Assembly (NCBI GenBank): GCA_027487795.1
Contig: JAIYCX010000039.1
Coordinates: 355,811 to 419,810, forward strand
Direction: 5' to 3'
DNA from: Pseudomonadota bacterium
Lineage (GTDB): Bacteria; Bdellovibrionota_C; UBA2361; SZUA-149; DAOLCO01
DNA: 64,000 nt
Program-made: the position numbers and the translations under genes
The notes under the pieces: model-generated
The model's database searches: none
Seen by the model: only the letters and a program-made list of their open reading frames with translations
Told to the model about the DNA's origin: nothing
In this document: piece by piece, positions 25,958 to 34,692 of the stretch
Numbering within the stretch: the first letter of the stretch is position 1
Layout of the letters: the number at the start of each line of letters is the position of its first letter

Positions 25958-28900
25958 ATGGGGGAATTTAGTAATAAAAATGGGCAGGTTATAGCTCCTT
26001 CCTCTGACATTGAGGTAGGGAAAGACACGCCCTTAACTCTCCCTAGTGCGCCAGATAACAACCAAGATCAAAGTCAAAAAGACTCACTTAGCTTTCCCAA
26101 ATTAGACCCAAATGTCAAACTTAATACAAAATCAGAAAAACTCTTAGAAGAGCTTGCGATCTCCTTAGGCAATGCTAAATTCGACCGTGGCTTTAACATG
26201 ACCTTAGGCCAAGCCACTCACGATAATAATAACTACTCATCTCGACTACAAGTAGCAAATCAACAGATCTCAGATTTAGAACTAAAGATAAAATTTGAAC
26301 TAATAAAAAGTAACACTGCTCCCGAAGAACGAAAAGCCCAATTTGATAAGGTACAAAAATTTGCCGCTACGCGTGAGCATGAAGGACTGAATCAATTCCA
26401 AGCAGCAAAAACTGAGTACCAAAGAAGAACAGTTCAAGAAGCTGAAAAAGCAAGAAGAGAAGGAGGAGCAAGTTACGCACTAGGGGAGGTATTAACAAAA
26501 GCCACAAAATCAGCCTCTAGTCTTATTCCAACAACTAAAGAATCTGTAGAAATATTAAGCAGTGCAATATTCTCAGGCGGGGAAGGAATAGAAAAAGTAA
26601 GACTTAAAAACCTCTCACAAAGAGGAGAGTCCGTTCTTGGAACAACAGAAGAGTTTGCTAAAGGAAGTAATTCATCATTTAGCAATGCAGTCGCCCTAAT
26701 TGGAGTAGGCCTAGCCCCACTAGAGAAGGTATCAGGGATGACCCTAAACCCAGCTCTAGAGAGTGTAGACATTGGCCTTAGAGCCTCAAGAGTTGCAAGT
26801 TATAATACATTTTCGGGTAAGGATGCTCAGATTAATTACAGTGACTATAAAGAGCTAGAAGATAGAGAAGGTCTACTAAAAGCAGCGAAGCTTACTATGG
26901 ACGGTGCAAAGATAGCACTAGGAGCAGCAGCTCTTGGACCTAGCTCTTTGTCTCAATTAAGTCAGCCCATGTTAGTCTCGGGAGGGATGGGGTATGCCGG
27001 TGCCTTATCAGATGAGCTACTATCAAAAGAAGGTTTTAAATTAGGACGCTTTTTAGAGCATGGTTTTACTGGGACAGCAGATAGTTTTCTGTTCATGGGT
27101 GGGATTACGGGAATTGGGCATATAGCAGAGAAGACTGGAGCACTACATAAGATGTCATCTGTAAAGACATTCTTAAGTCTTGAGAATGGCGTTCAGAAGG
27201 AGAAGAAACTAGAGGCTATTCATAAAAGCTTTAAGGGACTAGAGATTACAAATGATGAGGCAAGGTTTGTAAGTAATCTAGTGGGTGAGATGAAAATGGG
27301 GCTAAGTGGGAAAATAGACCTGATTGATTCTCTACCAGATGTACAAAAAAGTCTGAATATTTTTTTAGAGAAGGTAGGAGATTTAAGCGCGCTAGAGATC
27401 TATGAGAAGCTTAAAAAGGATCCAGAGTATAGAAGGATGTTGGCTGGGGCAGTACTTAAGGTTGGAGTATCAGGGTTTGATGCTTTTGATGTTAAGAGCG
27501 GGACTAAGGGGATGGAGAGTCTGGAACAAACAGGAAGGATGGAAGATGGGAAGGAATTAGGGAAGTTTGTATCTTCTAAGAGTGGGAACTTAGAGAGTAA
27601 TGGGGACTTAGATTTTAGAAAAAATGGTGAGAGTATTTCAATTACCAATAGAGGAGAAGTTCCTATAGAAGTTCTTGCAGTTAATGGTAACGAATACAAA
27701 GGGTACTTTACACATACTAGAGATTTCTTTTATTTATTAGATAGAGAAGATCTTTCTTTAGCATACGGGGATATCTTAACATCAAGACAAGAAGTCGATC
27801 CAAACGGGACAGAGCATGTTGAATCATTTGTCGATAAAAATACAAAGCTAATTTTTTCTTATAAACAAAATAAAGAAAATTTATTACAAGAGAAGAAATG
27901 GAGAAGTTCTTTATTAGCACATGAGAATGAAAATAGGTCTGATATACTAGCTGGTAGAGCAGTTGATGAGAGGCGCTCATTTGAAACTCAGTTTCGATTT
28001 TTGGATAAGAATATAGATCAGGTTACTTTAAATAAAAGAATAAATGGTATCTTAGAGAGTAGTTATCTGGGGGCGGAAGGCTTGAGTTTGGCGGCAAGTA
28101 AAAAAGATAATATCGAATCAACTATCAATTTTCCTGAATTAGAATATATTTTAATTAATCTACAAGATCTAGTCAAAGAAGATAATTTTGAAGAAGGTGC
28201 TATTGAAAAACTGGACGATCTAATAACTCCTGGGAGTAGCAAACTAGTTGCACAGGGAATACTTACCTTAATAAGAAACTCTTCAAATCAATTATCTATT
28301 AAGATTTTAGACAACTTAGAGTTAATTTGCGCATATTTGATCTCATGTGATAACAACCAGATATCACGACCTATCTCTGGTATCATAGTATATGAAATCT
28401 TGCCGACGCTCTGTCAGGATACAAATGTTTCTCCATATATAAGATTAAAAGCAAAGACTATTCAAGAGAGACTAGTGTGCGAATCCTACTCATCATCTTT
28501 TGATCCTCGCTCAGTAAATAACGAAATAGGCGGCAAAGCTATATATGAAGATTCACCATTCTTTCCTGAAAGAGTTACTCTAAAAGATATCGCTAGAATT
28601 CGCAAATTAGCCAAGGATACTATATTTATCTGTAGAGAAGACGGCACTCCTGTTGCATTTAGTTATAGTTATGAAAACATTAATTCTGGAGACCCTAACT
28701 TATTGCAGCCTAGGCTATTAAAATCACTGAGAGATGAATTAAAACAGATAGAGCAAGGGGAACTTTCAAATCATATTTTACCTTGGGTAGCAATGGATCT
28801 TTATAGACATGAAGTATTATCTGGATTTTCTGAAGATTCTATAGAAGAATTTATGAACAGGATTATGCCTTCATCAATACCAAAAGAGATGATTACAGAG

Positions 28901-30487
28901 CTAGAGAAGGAATTATTTTATAAAAATATATATTTGCATAGGAGTATATATTCAAAATTAGTAATGATATTAGAAGAATTAGAAGATTCAAAAAAAGTCT
29001 TAACAGATGAAAGCAATGAAGCACCACTCGATAGCCAAAGTAATACCCAAGGTAGTATCGTAAATCCTTATTACTTCGATCCTAGTAAATATAATGAGCG
29101 AGAAAATCTTAAGGCACTGTATTTTAATGAAATGGATAATGAAAAGCTTAAACTAGTAAGACGTGAATTTGCAAATATTTTTCACGAAGAAAACTTTAAC
29201 GATGACCCGCTATATGACTTACTATCTTTAAATGAAGTTTATATATATTCCGATGATATGTACAATGCTCGTAATATTTGGGGAAATTACCTACGTAATG
29301 GACAAGAATCAAGCTTAAGCAAATTTAGGGCAGCTTTAAGAGAACGCTTAGATCACTTAATTTCATTAACAAACCAAACAAGAAGTACTTTCAATATACT
29401 AATGGATCTAGAACAAGAACGTTCGGAAGTATTCCCATTTAAAACTGAACATATTGAAAATCTATACTCCTTATTTCAAGAAGTACATCAAGGACCATTA
29501 AGATCTCATATTGAAGCTGAATTTGATATCGATCTTTCAGAAATAACTTTCAGATCACAGTTATATTTTCTTCAATTTTTACAAACTAGAGATACTGAAG
29601 GATTTATTGCATTTAAAAATGCTTTAAATAAATATCCTAATCAGAAATATAAAATTATAGAAGCCTTTGTTGCTAATGCAGAAAAGGCAACATATGCGAA
29701 ATATTTAATAGCTTTACCAAATAATTTACCAGAAACAATAGTTTCAAAAATCTTAGATAAATATCTCGAAATAATAGAATCCGCACAAGGGCTAGAAGAA
29801 CCACAAATACAAAAAGCCATCCGCTCAGCAAATCACTTTTTACATGCATATTCTATTAAAGCTAGATCTTCGGATAATCCAGAAAAAGTTATACTAAACC
29901 TAAACAAGCTCCATCATGAAATTCTAGCACTAGGAGTCCTAATAAGAGACTTAAGACGCACAGGTGCAATTAGTAATATTACTGATTTGCAAGGTCTTCA
30001 ATTTTCTTCCACATGCTCAAAAGATATTACAGATGATATTCGAAATGAAATAGCTGAACTATATCGCAGTAACTGGGAAAGTGATGCCTCATACAGTACA
30101 GAACATCGTGAAAAAGTTTTAGCAGCTCATGACAGGGCTATGAAGAATCCTGATACAAAGATCTACTCTTTTGAAACTAGCTCAGAAGTTCTAGCTTTTA
30201 TCAGAGTTGATTATCTTCCAGATGGCACAATTCACATGGGGGGATTGAATCAACGTCCAGAATTAGACCTTTCCTCTATAGGTATAACCTTACTCGAAGA
30301 AGTTATAAAACTAGAAAATCTTACTTCTGATATATTTATTGAAGTTACTAAAAAGAAAACTGAATTAATAGTTCAATATGAAAAGCTTGGATTTGTTATA
30401 GAAGCAGACAAAGTTATTATAAATTGGGAAGGAACAGGTGCGGATTTAGTAGTAATGCGCTTGCCTAGAGGTTCAATTATAAAGTAA
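25958..30487 (+). CDS. Very large (1509 aa) protein with C-terminal GNAT-type acetyltransferase domain; candidate secreted effector/toxin
   Basis: Long uninterrupted ORF with host-like AT-rich codon usage. No signal peptide. Ser/Asn/Gln-rich N-terminus. C-terminal GNAT motifs (...IHMGGLNQRPELDLSSIGITLLEEVI... and ...QYEKLGFVIE). Confidence 0.7.
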   Translation: MGEFSNKNGQVIAPSSDIEVGKDTPLTLPSAPDNNQDQSQKDSLSFPKLDPNVKLNTKSEKLLEELAISLGNAKFDRGFNMTLGQATHDNNNYSSRLQVANQQISDLELKIKFELIKSNTAPEERKAQFDKVQKFAATREHEGLNQFQAAKTEYQRRTVQEAEKARREGGASYALGEVLTKATKSASSLIPTTKESVEILSSAIFSGGEGIEKVRLKNLSQRGESVLGTTEEFAKGSNSSFSNAVALIGVGLAPLEKVSGMTLNPALESVDIGLRASRVASYNTFSGKDAQINYSDYKELEDREGLLKAAKLTMDGAKIALGAAALGPSSLSQLSQPMLVSGGMGYAGALSDELLSKEGFKLGRFLEHGFTGTADSFLFMGGITGIGHIAEKTGALHKMSSVKTFLSLENGVQKEKKLEAIHKSFKGLEITNDEARFVSNLVGEMKMGLSGKIDLIDSLPDVQKSLNIFLEKVGDLSALEIYEKLKKDPEYRRMLAGAVLKVGVSGFDAFDVKSGTKGMESLEQTGRMEDGKELGKFVSSKSGNLESNGDLDFRKNGESISITNRGEVPIEVLAVNGNEYKGYFTHTRDFFYLLDREDLSLAYGDILTSRQEVDPNGTEHVESFVDKNTKLIFSYKQNKENLLQEKKWRSSLLAHENENRSDILAGRAVDERRSFETQFRFLDKNIDQVTLNKRINGILESSYLGAEGLSLAASKKDNIESTINFPELEYILINLQDLVKEDNFEEGAIEKLDDLITPGSSKLVAQGILTLIRNSSNQLSIKILDNLELICAYLISCDNNQISRPISGIIVYEILPTLCQDTNVSPYIRLKAKTIQERLVCESYSSSFDPRSVNNEIGGKAIYEDSPFFPERVTLKDIARIRKLAKDTIFICREDGTPVAFSYSYENINSGDPNLLQPRLLKSLRDELKQIEQGELSNHILPWVAMDLYRHEVLSGFSEDSIEEFMNRIMPSSIPKEMITELEKELFYKNIYLHRSIYSKLVMILEELEDSKKVLTDESNEAPLDSQSNTQGSIVNPYYFDPSKYNERENLKALYFNEMDNEKLKLVRREFANIFHEENFNDDPLYDLLSLNEVYIYSDDMYNARNIWGNYLRNGQESSLSKFRAALRERLDHLISLTNQTRSTFNILMDLEQERSEVFPFKTEHIENLYSLFQEVHQGPLRSHIEAEFDIDLSEITFRSQLYFLQFLQTRDTEGFIAFKNALNKYPNQKYKIIEAFVANAEKATYAKYLIALPNNLPETIVSKILDKYLEIIESAQGLEEPQIQKAIRSANHFLHAYSIKARSSDNPEKVILNLNKLHHEILALGVLIRDLRRTGAISNITDLQGLQFSSTCSKDITDDIRNEIAELYRSNWESDASYSTEHREKVLAAHDRAMKNPDTKIYSFETSSEVLAFIRVDYLPDGTIHMGGLNQRPELDLSSIGITLLEEVIKLENLTSDIFIEVTKKKTELIVQYEKLGFVIEADKVIINWEGTGADLVVMRLPRGSIIK

Positions 30488-30489
30488 TG

Positions 30490-31764
30490 CTATAAATCAG
30501 TAATTGTATAAGAATCAGCAGATAATTGCTCTAATACCTTCTCTGATATCATTCCTTCTCTTACTGTAGAATATGGAATTAGAATTTTTGTATTTTTTTT
30601 GGTTTTTGTAATATTTGCAATACCTTCTCTCAGAATATTTATCTCATCATTATAGTTTAAAACTTTTCTATCTATAAGAAAGTTATGAATAAGTGGAACT
30701 TTTTTATCTAGTCTAAATTCTAGTAGAGCTAATATCTTATCATTCCAAATCGCTAGATGGCAGATACTACTATCTGGGATGATAAATTGATCAAGCATTT
30801 TATGTCTACCTTCTGTTACAAGTTTTTCAACAAGGTATTCTCTAGCTCTAAAAAACATATCACTAGTTTCACATTTACGAAGCATAAAACCAGTATTCTT
30901 AATATCAGGCATCGGTGCTTTATTTATTAATAAGAGTAAACTAGTAAGTTCTTCAACTTCATCTGTGGTAAAATTCTCAGCCGCATTAGCTAGTTTATCC
31001 GAAAATATTTCTATTAAATTATTGTAAATACTTAACCCATTATTAGTTAAAGAATAAATCTTCTGTCGTTTATCTCCCTTTGGTGAAAATTTACTAATAA
31101 TATTATTATTTTCAAAATCACTTAGGTATCTAGAAATCTTACTTGTAGAAAAAGGCAGGTTATCATCTAAATCTTTAAATCCTATCCCAGATTTGCTTTT
31201 TGCTATATCATTTAAAATTTGAAACTGAGTTAAGTTAAACTCATTTCCCATATAACTTTCACCTAACATACCTAAGGCAATTACTGCTCTTCTCTGTTCT
31301 GGTGCAAACAATCCTTCCCCTTCGCGAAGTTTTTCAGGGGGTGCTTTTAAGCCATTATTTAGTTTACGAAACAACTCAACCATCCGTAAATGTTCCCTTG
31401 GGGATAGTAAGCTGCAGCCTAGTTGTGAAATACGACTATTTAATTGATCTGCTTCAGTTAGAAGTTTTGTTCCATATTCAGTGAAAACTAAACGACGACC
31501 ACGTTTGTCTTCAAATGTTGTTTCCATACTAAGACAACCCATGCTTACTAGCTGATTTAAAAGTCTTGAAATCTTACTTTTTGAAATTCCTAGTAAATTA
31601 ACTAAGTCACTAGCAGATCTATTTGTATCGTATGCGAGGTGCGATAAAATTATGGATTCAACTGGAGACAAATCAGAAGGCAATAACATCCTAATAGCCC
31701 TCATTTTGCGCTGAGTAAGCAGGATTGAATCATGCAATTGAGTATATATATTTAGTGTAGCCAT
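30490..31764 (-). CDS. Transcriptional regulator with two MarR-type winged-HTH domains and an extra C-terminal domain
   Basis: Two repeats of the wHTH pattern (SDLVNLLGISKSKISRLLNQLVSMGC...RGRRL and FKDLDDNLPFSTSKISRYLSDFENNNII...DKRQKIYSLT). Confidence 0.6.
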   Translation of the reverse strand: MATLNIYTQLHDSILLTQRKMRAIRMLLPSDLSPVESIILSHLAYDTNRSASDLVNLLGISKSKISRLLNQLVSMGCLSMETTFEDKRGRRLVFTEYGTKLLTEADQLNSRISQLGCSLLSPREHLRMVELFRKLNNGLKAPPEKLREGEGLFAPEQRRAVIALGMLGESYMGNEFNLTQFQILNDIAKSKSGIGFKDLDDNLPFSTSKISRYLSDFENNNIISKFSPKGDKRQKIYSLTNNGLSIYNNLIEIFSDKLANAAENFTTDEVEELTSLLLLINKAPMPDIKNTGFMLRKCETSDMFFRAREYLVEKLVTEGRHKMLDQFIIPDSSICHLAIWNDKILALLEFRLDKKVPLIHNFLIDRKVLNYNDEINILREGIANITKTKKNTKILIPYSTVREGMISEKVLEQLSADSYTITDL

Positions 31765-31765
31765 G

Positions 31766-31960
31766 TTCGTATTTTATGATGATAGTTTTATAATAATAGT
31801 TTCATTCCGATATGCAATTATAAACTGGAAGTACTTAGTAATTATAAATCTATAAATAATATAGCTATTTAGACATTCTAAAACTCACATCAATAATCAT
31901 GATCAAATCAGTATAATACTACTAGATCGTCGGTGCGCGATGGGAATTGAAGCGCTGATA
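31766..31960 (+). repeat. Promoter-like repeat A, copy 1 (roughly 195 bp, 55-bp core identical to the copy at 33480-33534)
   Basis: taatagtttcattcc...aatcagtataatactactagatcgtcggtgcgcgatgggaattgaagcgctgata. The core contains an extended -10-like cagTATAAT. Confidence 0.6.
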
Positions 31961-32230
31961 TCTATGGCTCTTCCTAATGTTGAGTTCTTTATATTATTAT
32001 TTGGGTATAAGATTTTTCTGCTGTTCTCTCTTCGGCTGCATTAGAGATGGTTTAATCCCTTGCTCTGGCCGTCTCTTATTCAATTATAAATTTACTTTTC
32101 ATAATTAATTTCAAACAAAGTTAATAATGAAGAGAGAAAGAATAAATTAAGGTTATTGTTTTAAGTGGTTTTAATAAGGTTAGTTATTTACTTGAGCATA
32201 TCTAATCCATATTTTTTATTACGATAAGAT

Positions 32231-32312
32231 ATTCCGTTGAAAATAATATTTGCATTTCATAGAGTTTGAAATATTTTAATTCTATGAAATGCGATTTGCA
32301 TTATCCGGAATG
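32231..32312. promoter_or_regulatory. Nested imperfect palindrome (candidate operator or large hairpin) in the leader of the exonuclease cassette
   Basis: ATTCCG...GCATTTCATAG-(19 nt)-CTATGAAATGC...CGGAAT. Direct repeat CCGTTGAAA at both flanks. Confidence 0.25.
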
Positions 32313-32372
32313 TCCTACCGTTGAAAGGATACGCTATTGAGGGCATTTAATTTGCCCTAGAAAGAAAGTATT

Positions 32373-32891
32373 ATGAAAATTTTTTCAATCGACGCCGAAG
32401 TCGATGGACTGTACGGACCATCGTTCGCCATTGCTGTCACCGTCCGCCAGGACGGTGTAGAAATTGCGAGCTTCCAAGGAAGGATACCTGATGACGGAAT
32501 CAAGGATGGGTGGGTGAGGGAGAAAGTTCTCCCAGCCCTGAGTGACATGAAAGTCACGCATCAGACCACCGAGGCCCTCGAGGAGGCCTTCTGGGCCTTC
32601 TGGAGTGATCAAAAGGAAGGTTCCACCGTGATTGCCCACTGTGGCAGTCCGGTTGAGTCAGGACTCTTTCGGCGATGCGTCGAGAGAAATTTCGCCGAAC
32701 GACAATGGAACGGACCATTCCCACTTCATGAAGTGGGAACACTGCTCCTCGCAGTTGGGGCGGACCCCGGCAGCGTTGACAACTACAACAAAAGGCATGG
32801 CCTAGTCGTTCCCTTTGCAGGGGTGGCGCACCACCCCATGTACGATGCGGCTGCTGCCGCGGTTGCTTGGGAACACGCTATCGCTAAGTAA
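32373..32891 (+). CDS. GC-rich small DEDDh-type (DnaQ/Orn-like) 3'-5' exonuclease, probably horizontally acquired
   Basis: Exo I motif FSIDAEVDGLYG and Exo III motif HHPMYDAAAAA. GC far above the surrounding DNA. Confidence 0.6.
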   Translation: MKIFSIDAEVDGLYGPSFAIAVTVRQDGVEIASFQGRIPDDGIKDGWVREKVLPALSDMKVTHQTTEALEEAFWAFWSDQKEGSTVIAHCGSPVESGLFRRCVERNFAERQWNGPFPLHEVGTLLLAVGADPGSVDNYNKRHGLVVPFAGVAHHPMYDAAAAAVAWEHAIAK

Positions 32892-32940
32892 AGTAAAAAG
32901 CTCTGCTTAGAATAAAAAACTAAGCAGGAGTTAAAATAAC

Positions 32941-32992
32941 TAAACCCACTCAGCCTTGATTAAAGTTAATCTAATTCGCTGAGTGGGTTTTT
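32941..32992 (+). terminator. Rho-independent terminator after the exonuclease gene
   Basis: AAACCCACUCAGC-(loop)-GCUGAGUGGGUUUUU. A second smaller hairpin GCUCUGCUUAG...CUAAGCAGGAG lies at 32900-32930. Confidence 0.5.
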
Positions 32993-33023
32993 CAAAAGGT
33001 ATATAATTATTCTTTCTCTTTCT

Positions 33024-33137
33024 TTATTATCTTTACCTTGACTCCACCCCATTTTGCGATTTCCCATCGCGAGCTTATTTCTTAGCCTAACATAATACGA
33101 AAGTTGTATGTATCTTAGTTTCATCAAAGTGGGGTGG
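33024..33137. repeat. MITE-like 114-bp element with 23-bp terminal inverted repeats, copy 1
   Basis: TACCTTGACTCCACCCCATTTTG ... CAAAGTGGGGTGGGCTGAAGGTA. Second copy at 34693-34806. Confidence 0.5.
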
Positions 33138-33159
33138 GCTGAAGGTAGTATCAAAAAAT

Positions 33160-33355
33160 ATTAAGCACTATATATCCTAATCAGTTCGCTTTCACTATCC
33201 AACCAATTATACTTATCATTAATAGCATCAAGCCCATTTTTACCTAGGCTGATTCTTTTATCTATGTAGGAATAAGAATTCTCTATACACCTTGCCGCAT
33301 ATTCCAGATTACCGGATTCAAAAACGTATCTACAGTTTGTTTTCAGTTCATTATC
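33160..33355 (-). pseudogene. Diverged in-frame remnant (64 codons plus stop) of the C-terminus of the GT4 glycosyltransferase gene at 34820-35998
   Basis: Reverse-complement translation ...NCRYVFESGNLEYAARCIENSYSYIDKRISLGKNGLDAINDKYNWLDSESELIRIYSA* versus the intact gene ...NCGYVFESGSPESAARYIEKAFLSKEERDLLGQNGLKAINDKYNWSISEKELIKIYSA*. Same position relative to the MITE-like element. Confidence 0.55.
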
Positions 33356-33534
33356 ATAATTTTAGAATAATAGTTTCATTCCAGTATGTAAACATATACT
33401 GAAAATACTCAACGATAATAAATCTCTCACTAATATAATAACTTAGATATCCTAAAACTCAAATCAATAATTCCGATTAAATCAGTATAATACTACTAGA
33501 TCGTCGGTGCGCGATGGGAATTGAAGCGCTGATA
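33340..33534 (+). repeat. Promoter-like repeat A, copy 2
   Basis: Same architecture as 31766-31960. Identical 55-bp core at 33480-33534 containing the -10-like TATAAT. Confidence 0.6.
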
Positions 33535-33970
33535 ATCAAAAGGCTGAGAAAGACGGGTAGAGAGTTTGATAAGGTTAAGGCTGCAAGTACTAAGTTAAGA
33601 AAGCAGACCTTACTAAATGTTAAAATTCTAGAGAACAAGCAGTGTTAAAAAACACAGCAGGGGTTCTTTAGAACAAAGGTTTTGTTAAACGTTTGCAAAC
33701 TCAAAAAACATCTTTCTTCTCTATAAAGAAGAATCAATAAATTCTTTTTTATAGAGGATTAAAAATCCTGAGTTTGTGTTCTTTATATTATTATTTGGGT
33801 AGAAGAAAGCATAATTGCTCTTGATAAACTGAGTCACTAAAAGTTTTATAAACTAAGAGACTATAAAAAAACAAAGTGAAAAGTTTAACAAGAGCGGTGA
33901 TTTTTGGTTTTGGTACTCTGCTTTTGAAGAGTACCGAGGTTTTATCGCTCGTAAGAGCGAAGGAGAAAAA

Positions 33971-34561
33971 ATGAGAAAGAAAAAAGGAACCCTGCTTGCT
34001 TATCGCAAGCAGGGTGGTTTTATAACAGAGATTCAATACGGAGAGCACGGTGCTCTTTTTATCGAAAAAGTTGAATGCAGAACTGTTTCAGTTCTGCATT
34101 ATGGTTGGTATCAAGATGGCGGTTATAGGCCGTCTGTCAGATATGATGTCTCACGGACAGCTATGATGTGCCACCATCGGTGGCTGGAAACGGGGTACAA
34201 TTGGACCCCAAAACCAGTGGCCTTTGCAAGGGAGCATTGCGAGGATGTCGAATTATCAATTGCTACCGGCGATGGATATTTCGATTTGCAGAATAGAAAA
34301 GTCTCCGGCTGGTGGCTTTCCGTAAAGGAAGCTACCTTGGAAAGGAACTCTTTTAGAAGTTCCCGCTTTGAGCGGGATTACTTCAAAAGAAATTACCCAA
34401 GAGGTAATTGCCATAATTGCGGATTCGACTTGCAAGAACACTTCCAAAAAATCCGCCAAGATGGCGGATATGTCTACCGACTGGAGGAGGGTTCTTCAAC
34501 CTTCCTGTTTGATTGGGAGGCACATGACCGACCAAGGGTAATGAATACCCTTCTCCCTTAA
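33971..34561 (+). CDS. GC-rich hypothetical protein with Cys/His clusters (possible zinc-binding), probably horizontally acquired
   Basis: 196-aa ORF with about 50% GC. CHHRW, CEDVEL and CHNCGF clusters. Strong AGGAG Shine-Dalgarno. Hairpin-rich 5' leader. Confidence 0.5.
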   Translation: MRKKKGTLLAYRKQGGFITEIQYGEHGALFIEKVECRTVSVLHYGWYQDGGYRPSVRYDVSRTAMMCHHRWLETGYNWTPKPVAFAREHCEDVELSIATGDGYFDLQNRKVSGWWLSVKEATLERNSFRSSRFERDYFKRNYPRGNCHNCGFDLQEHFQKIRQDGGYVYRLEEGSSTFLFDWEAHDRPRVMNTLLP

Positions 34562-34596
34562 AGTTCTCCTAGAAGGGATATAGGCTGAACTGTTTA

Positions 34597-34640
34597 TGAG
34601 CAGTGACAGCCAACGAATGTTGTATGTCACTGCTCTTTTA
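34597..34640 (+). terminator. Rho-independent terminator after the GC-rich hypothetical gene
   Basis: GAGCAGUGACA-(loop)-UGUCACUGCUC followed by UUUUAAAAAU. Confidence 0.5.
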
Positions 34641-34692
34641 AAAATATTTAGGATATGGAAGTCTACTATTCTTTCACTATCTCGATATTTAC

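Noticed and set aside
32357-32742. Three ORFs (32357-32557, 32385-32639, 32554-32742) antisense to the GC-rich exonuclease gene
   Set aside because: High GC opens spurious frames. The plus-strand ORF carries clear DEDDh motifs and a start context, and the antisense ORFs have neither.
32966-33154. 62-aa minus-strand ORF (MILPSAHPTLMKLRYIQLSYY...) and the similar ORF at 34496-34735
   Set aside because: Both lie inside the two copies of the MITE-like element and give near-identical peptides only because the repeat is duplicated. No translation signals.
33536-33776. 240-bp extra segment present only in cassette 2, between the repeat A core and the TTCTTTATATTATTATTTGGGTA motif; considered as a third inserted mini-element
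   Set aside because: No terminal repeats, no ORF and no similarity to other parts of the window were evident by eye. It may simply be an indel in the leader.
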